A program made the translations under genes and the position numbers. A DNA stretch of 49,614 nucleotides, counting the filler, from Trypethelium eluteriae (Eukaryota): assembly GCA_051942245.1 (NCBI GenBank). It is 2 parts of 2 records of this genome, joined end to end, with 100 filler letters (N's around TTAATTAATTAA, not from the genome) between each part and the next. Parts side by side here need not be neighbours in the genome. Positions count along the whole stretch, not along the records: positions 24,871 to 49,614 come from JAVECL010000393.1; 1 more part is not named here. One strand, 5' to 3'. The notes beneath the pieces were generated by a model. It saw only the letters and a program-made list of their open reading frames with translations, was not told the DNA's origin and ran no database searches. Position 1 is the first letter of the stretch, and every line of letters starts with the position of its first letter. Shown here one piece after another: positions 37,972 through 49,614 of this stretch.

Positions 37972-40326
37972 TCACAGTCGATACAAGCTTAAGCGTCGAA
38001 GCATGAAGCTCAGTGATCCGGTTAAATGTCCAATTGCTTTATCCCATGCAGCAATGGAGAGTCTATATAGTGGAGACTATATTTATGGATACCCAGAATC
38101 AATGTTCATTAGCTAAGGATGTTGAGAGGTACTTATGCGATTACAATTAGCCCAGGTCGGCTCGTAGGTGGGTAAATGAACAAATCACTACTTAGATTGC
38201 GTGGCCTCGAAAGTTGCATCTGTCTCTTCTGATCAATTCGAAACTTTACGTCTCGATGGACGACTAGACATCGGCGAGGAGATCTTTTCAGCATCGTGAT
38301 TTAAATTAGGCTAAATTCACTTAGATTGTACATCTAAGTGCGGTTCGGTTGTGGTTCCGAGATTGCGACTACTAGCACGTCTACAGCTTTTACAGACGTT
38401 ACTCAGCGTCCGCAATTCTTCCTATCTTGTGTGGACATCAAAAACTTCAATTTTGCTTTTAGCCGTTTTACTTCATGATCCCGAAATTAGGAGATTACCG
38501 TCGTCATGACGTGCCAAGCCAATAGCCTTCTCAACGGCAAACCCCTTTGTTCACCGCAAGCTCATGAATCAGCCCGATAATCTTCGGACTTCAAAGGACT
38601 TCCGCATCTAAACGAAACGTAGGACGGCAAATGACTTCCCCGGTAAAATTCAGTCTAGAGCATTGTGGACTGCTATAGATATCTCGGTCGAAAGGCAAGA
38701 CCACACAAAGGCTATACCAAACCTACGACAGAGTTGCAGGAAGCGAGACTTTGGAACTGCAATCTCGCCTGGAGTCCAGGCGTACTCCATCAGGAGGACA
38801 TAGCCTTGGGAGAAAGTCTAGAGCCGACAAAAATATCCGGTGGTGAACTCGCTGAAATGGAGATATTGCCTGTTGCCCATTTCAAGTCATTTGCAGCCGT
38901 GACTTGAGCGATTCTTTGATACGCGTGATACGAGGTTGGTGATCGCGATAGCATAAGTCCCCCAGGTATCGAAAGAAATCGTCAGGTCTCTTGAATCAAT
39001 TACACAAGCCCAACCTACTTCGCAGTTGCCAGGCTGTATGTAAGCCACGGATCCCTAGCTCCTGTGTTGCGAATGCAATAAAAGTAATATGCGAATACGA
39101 TATTAGGTTTTGAGAAGTAGATCAGGTTTCCACGCGATCTCAACTAATGAAAATTAGTATGGGATGATGAAAGGCCCCGTTATCCGATTCTCCGCCCACA
39201 GGGGTCTTGAGAAATATGTTCTCCCTTTTCCATGAGGCATGAAGATGGGTGAATCTTGTATGCTAAACCAACCTTAAGGTCGAGTTCAGCGCTGGGAAAC
39301 GACATTGGGGGTCCGTGAGAGGTCAATTAGGTAGGTTTAGTCTGAGCACCATGTGTATGAAAGGTCTGAGATGTCCGATGATTAGGCCGGCCTCTGATCG
39401 AAGTAACCAAGTCTTCCTGCAATGACGATTGCCGCGTACTTGTTGGAGTGATATCAGGACAGGTCTAAATTCCAGAAAGAGAGGAGTACGAGACTCCACT
39501 TCAGCCAATTGGCTTTTTAGCTACAACTCCCGTCACGGGGAATGCACTGCGGGGGTTTTATGACCCCTCCGAGCAATTCAGAAGGGAGATCCGTGAGAGC
39601 CGTGAGACGTGCATTCTTGTTGTGCGTACGTTCAGGAGACTGAGCTATTTTCGTCCCAAATCAATGTCAGGACTCGATGAACTGCAACACCATAGATAGT
39701 TCATGAGAGCTAGAAAGTATTTCGGGCTAATTATCGTCATGCCGGAGATGGTCATCGTAGGGTGAGCTCCTCTATGGTTCTGACAGCAGCAAGGGCCTGG
39801 GCCGAGGTTTCATGATTGGCGGAAGAACATAGGCTCAGTCTCCGAACTAGCCGTACTACCCCAGAGACAATCCTTCACCCCGTTACCCCTGCCGTTCTCC
39901 ATATTCAGGCTATTTTCTCACTGTGAAAACACGGTTACAAGCACTTTGCATAGCCGCAGACCACGATTCTGTTTGGAATGGGCATTCCGTAGACTGCTGG
40001 ATAAGAGACGGCCACTACCGGCCTTTTACGTCTACGTTTGAGAGCAATCTTGCCAGACCGCGATTTTCTCCGGCACTTCGCGATTGCCATGTGCTCCACT
40101 TGCACTAAGTAGCTGCAGAACCCGAAACTATTTACCTGAGAAACCCAGCCCTGGAACTACCAGATCTCGGACGCCTGGACATACATATGCTCTAGCAATG
40201 CAATCGAACACCGAGCTCTCTTGCCAGCAGGAGTCTCGTCGCATTCGGATCGAGGTCGAACTCCGCATTAACGGCTTCAATACTTATGGATAGGTCACAA
40301 TCGCAACGAGATCACATCACCTCGAT

Positions 40327-42342
40327 ATGGCAACGAAAGTTCGGCCCACCTCAGCAAGCTTAGCAGATCTGAAGAGCATGGGCGTCATCGAGATCCAGGA
40401 AATACCTACGATGACTTCGCTTTCTGTGCTCATCATTTACGACGAACACCAAGATGGAATCGTTCGTCTCATCGCCCAAGTGCTCGGGCGTGGATACTAC
40501 CTGGCGCGCTCTGCGCAGGATGCAGAGTTTGGCGCTTCAGATGAGGTTGTGGGAGTCTCAAGGAGTGGAGATTTGACAAAATTGGAAGACGGCAGTCACT
40601 CGAGGACAATCATTAACACTTGTTGCATCGACGATGGGCGTGCTGTAGATCCTTCAGCGACTGCTGTGTGTGACTACGAATACTTATATACAGAAAAGCC
40701 CTTCTGTCGTAGAGATCTAACCAAGTTCCTTGCTTTCGTTCTCGGGCAGAGTCGCCCTCATGAGGAATTGGCGAAGAAGGCGAGCACAACGTTCATTTCG
40801 ACGACTTTCTCTGATGTACAGGCGGCACTTCCGAATCTGGAAATCCTATCCGTGGGCTCTGATGCATTGGAGCTTCGAGTTGATTTGCTGAAGGAACCAC
40901 TTGCAGATGGATCCTTCAGTCCAGTCCCCAGCCTTGACTATGTAGGCAAGCAAGTTATGATGCTGCGACAACGTAGCGAGCTCCCAATTATCTACACCAC
41001 CAGGTGTACACGAGAAAATGGCAGGTTCCCCATGGATGATCCTTCCCTTTTTTTCGAATACCTTCGGCGGGCAATCAAATGGGGTTGTGAGTACATCGAC
41101 GTTGAGCTCTGGTTACCCGAAGAGGTTCGGAGACAACTTGCCGAGCAGAAAGGGAACAGCAAGATAATATCGGCATTTCATGACTTTTCTGGAAACTTCA
41201 AATGGACATCATCAGAAGCTCAAGAGCTATTTCAGAAGGGTGCAGTGTACGGGGACGTGGTCAAGATGATTGCGTACGTCAACTCAATCAACGACAACTA
41301 TGAATTGGAATACTTTCGGTCGAAGATACAGTCTGAATACAAACATCCGCCATTATCTGGTTTAAACATGGGTCCCATGGGTCAGCTCTCAAGAGCACTG
41401 AACAAGGTCTTCACTCCCATCACACATCCATTGCTTCCCATGATTGCTGCTCCTGGACAGTTGAGCGCGGCTGAAATTAATCAAGCACTCCACAGCATGG
41501 GACAACTGCCCAAACTTGATGTCTATGGCATAGGTGGTCACAGGGCCGGCATGCAAGCGCAATTTTTTGAAAAATGCTTCAACGAGCTCAGCCTGCCGCA
41601 CCAGCTCATCCGAATCGAACGGACGTCAAAGGCCTCAATTGAGCCATATCTTCGGCGAGGTAATTTTGGGGGTGCCTACATCAGCCCTGCCCTGGCCCTG
41701 GTGAAGAGCGAACCATATCTGACTCTGTCAGACTCTGCTCAGACAATTGGACAAGTTGATACGGTGGTGGCTCGCTCAGATGGCCAGAAGACTACTTTAG
41801 TTGGCGAGAATGCTACGTGGAAGGGGATCCGGGCGACGCTGACCCGAGATTTCGTGCCATCAGCGTACAGCGACAGACCAGCACTTGTCCTCTCAAACGC
41901 GGTTGGAGACGCAGCTGCCGCAATTTTCGCATTGAAAAGCCTCAAAATTGGACCCATCTATACGATCGGATTCAAGGCGTCTGGACCGATTGGACACGGG
42001 ACGGAGCCATTCCGATCGGTTGAGGAACTGAAGAGATTGGAGCAGCCCTTTGTCATCATATCCGCGCTGCCAGCGGACAAGTCCCTGCTTGTGGGGCCTC
42101 TTCTGAAGCACTACGGCGCCAACGGTAGGCAGACGCCGACGTTGGGCGGGAAGGTGTTCATGGATCTGGCGAACGGGCCACGCAAAGGTGACCCCCTGGC
42201 GATTGCCGCATCGCTTGGCTGGACGGCGTATGGTGTAGCAGATATCAGTGCGTGGACAGTCGTCGAAACGCTGCGAATTTTAGTTGGCCAGAACGTGCCG
42301 TACGACTTTGTGAGACTGGCTTCTGGAAGGGGTCTGTACTGA
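40327..42342 (+). CDS. AROM-derived protein: degenerate shikimate-kinase remnant, type I 3-dehydroquinate dehydratase, degenerate shikimate-dehydrogenase-like domain (671 aa, intronless)
   Basis: DALELRVDLL, LPIIYTTR, YIDVEL, IISAFHDF, DVVKM, NMGPMGQLSR...HPLLPMIAAPGQLS match the AROM type I DHQase. The C-terminal third follows the shikimate DH layout without its catalytic motifs. There are no DHQ synthase or EPSP synthase domains. Confidence 0.85.
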   Translation: MATKVRPTSASLADLKSMGVIEIQEIPTMTSLSVLIIYDEHQDGIVRLIAQVLGRGYYLARSAQDAEFGASDEVVGVSRSGDLTKLEDGSHSRTIINTCCIDDGRAVDPSATAVCDYEYLYTEKPFCRRDLTKFLAFVLGQSRPHEELAKKASTTFISTTFSDVQAALPNLEILSVGSDALELRVDLLKEPLADGSFSPVPSLDYVGKQVMMLRQRSELPIIYTTRCTRENGRFPMDDPSLFFEYLRRAIKWGCEYIDVELWLPEEVRRQLAEQKGNSKIISAFHDFSGNFKWTSSEAQELFQKGAVYGDVVKMIAYVNSINDNYELEYFRSKIQSEYKHPPLSGLNMGPMGQLSRALNKVFTPITHPLLPMIAAPGQLSAAEINQALHSMGQLPKLDVYGIGGHRAGMQAQFFEKCFNELSLPHQLIRIERTSKASIEPYLRRGNFGGAYISPALALVKSEPYLTLSDSAQTIGQVDTVVARSDGQKTTLVGENATWKGIRATLTRDFVPSAYSDRPALVLSNAVGDAAAAIFALKSLKIGPIYTIGFKASGPIGHGTEPFRSVEELKRLEQPFVIISALPADKSLLVGPLLKHYGANGRQTPTLGGKVFMDLANGPRKGDPLAIAASLGWTAYGVADISAWTVVETLRILVGQNVPYDFVRLASGRGLY

Positions 42343-43226
42343 GCCATTTTGTGAGACGAGCCAGATGAGCACGGGGCAATGGTGAGGGAAACTTGTTCAT
42401 CTCAAACTCGTCCGTTGTCGCCAGCGCGATTTGAGGAGCATCAAACATGCAAGCTCCAGTACGGGTACAATACTAGAAACAAAGTAGCATACGGACGCCG
42501 AAGTTGGAGTGGAGTGGAGAATAATCAGGGTGGGTGGTGGGCTGTGGCGTCATTGCACGTCTACGCGAGGTTCAATCTGAATCGTCAGGGCAGGACCGGT
42601 TTGGGGCTAGCGGCCGTCAGATCGCAAGGCTAGCGAGTGTTGGGGACTAGATAGCACGATAATCTGGATGTAGATAGCTGCAGGAACGGCGGCACACTCG
42701 AACAACTCTCCTCTGTGACAATTTAATCTATCATAGATCATGGCAACGAGTCAGCGGAAATTGGCCGGGCGTGGCGGCGGGCCTGCGTGGTCTGGTATGA
42801 CGGCGACAGTGACGGGCCCTGACATGAGACAGCGGGCCCTGTCGCGGGCGGTTCGCTGAGGCACAGAAGGCGTGCGCTTCTCTCTCTTGCTTGCAGAGGA
42901 TCTGAGGTGCTGAGGTGCTGAGATGCGCCAGCACCAGGACGAGTGACAGAACTTTGCCAGCTGTAGGCGAGGGCCGGGAAGCTAACGTCACGATGGCAGA
43001 CGTCGGCCGGCAAAGGTTGCTGGCGCGCAGCAGAGCTGGGCAAGCAGATTGGCAGGAATCACCAGGATGAGCAGGATCATGGCAGGCAGATCCCCGTTCC
43101 CCGCAATTCTGCACGCCGAGCGTTGAGAGCGTTAGAGTGCAGAACCTAGGGAAGGCTTGGGAAGGGAAGGACGGTAAGGTCTCTGACGAGCATATTCCCT
43201 ACTTACTGGCGCACATGGCCGACCCT

Positions 43227-43273
43227 CCAAGCTACCCAAGCCCTCCCAAGCTCCCCAAGCTCCCCAAGCTACC
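43227..43273. repeat. Imperfect tandem 9-mer (CCAAGCTCC-like) x5 upstream of the second Zn2Cys6 gene
   Basis: ccaagctac ccaagccctc ccaagctcc ccaagctcc ccaagctacc read directly. Confidence 0.8.
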
Positions 43274-43840
43274 TAGTACCTACCATTTAGTCTATAGCGT
43301 GGCCAGTCGCGCACAGCCTGCAGCCGGTAATACACTCGGCTCCACCCACTGGACGGTCGTGATAATGGCCACGCATCTGCTGCTTCCCTGAGGAGCAGGT
43401 GGATAGGCAGACCCTGGGTATCAGCAGGCCAGCCTCGCTGCGGCGTCAATCACCGGCCAGGCCATGCCATGGTGCTACTACTGTGCTCGCCATGCTACAA
43501 CCCTTTAACTTCGTGCTCCTAACCGCTGCGCTGGATCCCAGCTTACGGTCAAACCACTAGTGCCACCGTTCTCCATCTTCCTCTATGCCGGCTCCAACCC
43601 ACGCCACTAGCCTCCTTTCAGCCAGAACCGCTGCACTCCAGTCTTCTCCGCCCCGAACGAAGGGTTAATATCAACCTTGAGCCTGCCGCCCTTTACCCGA
43701 CTGTCTTCGTTCTTTTCCGGTTTCTTTGCCTGTTGACCTCGACCAGCGTTATCTTCTCTTCCTTCGTCCTTGCCTTCGCCCTCATGTCAATCATGATATC
43801 ATTCGTTTAGGGTTTCGGAATCGTCATGTAAACAGAAGCC

Positions 43841-46707
<2,867 letters not shown>

Positions 46708-46986
46708 AAGAAATTTTTTTCCTTTTCAATTCAATGTCAATATTCGTATTTACCCATTTGAAAATCCACAAAAAGAAACGATGTAATGCGAACAAGGTCA
46801 AGGCCAGTAATTTTGCTGGGAGGTCGATCTCATGCGCCGTTCCACCGCGTCATCGCTCGGCCGTTTCAGCAAGGACCCTTCTGCGTCCCAGACCACGTCG
46901 AAGGTTTGAAACCGTCATACCGATCCCGAACGACCGCCCACTCCCGACGTAACGTCGTCGTACCAGAACTTCATTCTGCTACAGCT

Positions 46987-48982
46987 TCACCACATGAATC
47001 TCTGCACTTTCCCTGGCTCCTGCACCCACTCGAAACCCCGATACAGGAACACGTACCCCGTTACCGCATTCACCGCCAGAAACCACAGCGTCTCAAGCCA
47101 CAACTGACGGTCATATGCATTGTAAAGCCACCTCACCAATGAAGAAGAATTGCTCCCTGCCGAATATCGCGGCCCCGCTTTCGAGACACGAGGATCTCGA
47201 ATCGGTCGCCGCGCCGGCACGTGCAGACGCCACATGATCCATGGCAGAATGCAGTACCGGGGCTCGACTAGCGGTGCGGAGCATAAGGCCAGAGCAGTTG
47301 TCAGAAGCCAAATAAGGAGGAAAGAGACAAATCCGTCGTCACTGTCATCGCGTAGGACGACTTCCCTAGGCTTGGTTTTCGTTTCACTGCTCCCTTTAGA
47401 ATCATCCGTGAGAACGACCGTCTGAGGCGAGGCGTGACCGCCGAGACCTTGGATGCACGACCAGGCGCAGAGGCCATAGACAGGAGTGACGAGGTACTTG
47501 ATCAAAGGTAGACGCAGGATGCGGAAGACGTAGAAGACGTAATGACGGTTGTCGGCGAGTGTGAAGGGGTGGATGATGGTGTTGAAGTAGATGACTGCCG
47601 ATGCGAGGAGCGATAAGATACCCAGTGCCCTGACGAGATCTGATGGGTGTGGAGAAGGAGTGGTCATCAAAGTGGAGAAGACGCCTGGGATGCGCTGAAG
47701 CGGCGACAGGAGCGGCTCAGGGAGCGTCAGCCACATGATCGGCCATAAAAGACGGATCAGATACAGATATAATAGGGGCCAGGAGAAGAAGAAGATGTAC
47801 GGCCAGATGTATAACATTTGTGGCAGGTGTATGGTGGCGACGTGGTTGGACTTGTCGCCCAGCACCACCCCACCATTCCACACCACGAAGGTACCGAAGA
47901 GACCAACGAGAAAGATGTAAGGCCACACTGCCCCTACAATGATGACGGGATTCCGCGCCGCTGCGAGGACGAGCGTCAGGGGAGTCTTCAGAAAATCTTT
48001 GGATCAACTTGTATTAGTAGCTTCATGTATTAACTTCTGAATGAGTGATTATTTTGCGAACCTATGAATGAAGCGTCTCGAACTGGTCCGTCGTAAACGC
48101 AACCAGAAGCCCATGCGTCATTTGCGCACTCGCTGAAGGTAGGTGTTGGATGCTTGTAGCTTAGCTGCTTATTCTCCTTTGTGGCGGCGTCTTTGAGGGC
48201 TCGGACGATAGTGAGGGCGGCGGGAAAGACGGCCACCCAGAAGATATTCGTTTGCCGACATAAAAGCGCCAGGAGTCCTGAGAAGACGATTTCTATGGAC
48301 GTCCATAAGCGCGCGTACTTCGTATTGCTCGTCCGCAGAAATAAGTCATAGTTCATCATGACGTAAAGAGTAGACAGGACGTCCGTGTAATACAGCACAG
48401 AAAAGAAGAATAAGGGAGGGAAAAGAGCAATATTCAACGATGTATGGGTCATGTACGCCTTCTGAAGAAGTTCGTCATTTTCGTCCTGGGATTGTAATTG
48501 CTCTGCAACTGGTTCTTTTTGACGATTTCTTCGAAGGTGAATTCCAAACGCTTGGAAAAATACGCCGAGAATGCCAAGGACGTTGAGGGCACGTAGTGTC
48601 TTGATGTCGCAGCGATTGAAGACTGCTGAGAATGCAGCTGACAGCATATATCTATCACAGCTTAATAAATATTCCTCTCTCGATATGACTAGGTTCTACT
48701 CACAGTCCTGGAGGAGTTGTGATTTTAGGGTCCCATTGTGCATACTTGCCTGCGCAGTAGGCTTGAGCTTGTCTTATATGGAAGACCTCATCCTGCAGTT
48801 ACTGATCAGCTAATGTCCTGTTCGATAACTGATAGTAAGCCCAAGGATATACGTACTAGGTACGGCTCAGGCACTTCAGTTGAAATTCGTTGAAGCCAAA
48901 AGCCACTGACTACCGCTAAAAGTGCTGGTCCTGAAAGCAGAGCGATTGACAAAGAGCTTCTCTGCCCAGATAGTTGGTCCAT
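46987..48982 (-). CDS. ALG10: Dol-P-Glc:Glc2Man9GlcNAc2-PP-Dol alpha-1,2-glucosyltransferase (multi-exon)
   Basis: [68 protein letters not shown]-stop. Confidence 0.95.
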
Positions 48983-49173
48983 TGCTGAAGTCACATCTTT
49001 GAATTTAGGAGTATGATATATAATGGGCAGAGACTAGCTACCTAGAGAACGGGCTGTAACTAATTGTTCCACAATTCATTACCTTATTGGGCTTAGCCGT
49101 GAAGCCCGCCAACTTCACGACGCGCTCGTCACGACACCACATAACCCGTAAGAGGTTCAACAATGTCGACAAA

Positions 49174-49614
49174 ATGGCCCTGCCATTGCCCCCTGGTCTC
49201 ACACCCGCTGAGATCGCCTTCATGTGCGAAATGGAGCTTGTCACGGTGATACCTCGACAGCGCCTCGAAGGCCTCGACCTGCTTGGAGTGAGTTGACCCC
49301 GCCAAAAAAAAGCCTACAATGCAGCATACCAATGGCTGCTGCTTCTTGTACGTGGACATCTACACTCTCCAGACCTTCATTACCTCTATCTCAATGCTAA
49401 ATACCCATGACAACCAGGGACCAACACCTCCTCTCAACCCCCCATACCGCGCCGACCTCCCCCTCTGGCTCGCCCTCCTCCTGAAACGTCAACGTCGCGC
49501 CAACATCTCCCCGCCACCATGGCTGAACCCGCAATCGCTCGAGGCGATCCTCAGAGTCGAGACAGAGCTCTCGAACCAAGCCTTCTCACCACCTGCCCCT
49601 CTCCCGCCTTCCAT
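49174..49614 (+). CDS. PSF2: GINS complex subunit Psf2, 5' part (runs off the window end)
   Basis: [31 protein letters not shown]...LLG / [36 protein letters not shown]. Confidence 0.95.

Noticed and set aside
40327..42342. Calling this gene ARO1/aroM or qutR
   Set aside because: It lacks the DHQ synthase and EPSP synthase domains of AROM. It retains DHQase catalytic residues and has no qut cluster, so qutR orthology is unsupported without a phylogeny.

Overview
Gene-dense, intron-containing genomic window from a filamentous ascomycete (Pezizomycotina; the class cannot be fixed from the sequence alone). It holds about 19 protein-coding genes. Housekeeping and signalling genes are GCD6, SKN7, a Prx5/AHP1-type peroxiredoxin, a Fus3/Kss1 MAPK, OXA1, MIM1, SHP1, AHA1, dynactin p27, ALG10 and PSF2. 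There are also two Zn2Cys6 transcription factors, an F-box protein, an LRR protein, a secreted Ser/Thr-rich protein and a GliT/TrxB-like oxidoreductase cut by an artificial 100-bp scaffold linker (24771-24870). Three things stand out. (1) A full-length DIM-2-type DNA cytosine methyltransferase frame is broken by one in-frame TAG at the conserved GY-Q position, before motifs VIII-X. (2) Next to it, in an AT-rich-flanked block, is a 3-exon gene fusing a HeLo-like (fungal NLR/cell-death type) N-terminal domain to two tandem ubiquitin-like domains. (3) An AROM-derived protein keeps an intact type I dehydroquinase but has degenerate kinase and dehydrogenase domains (QutR-like layout), and sits beside a Zn2Cys6 factor with no quinate cluster. 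No rRNA, tRNA, CRISPR or intact transposon was recognised. Exon boundaries were read by eye and no database searches were run.
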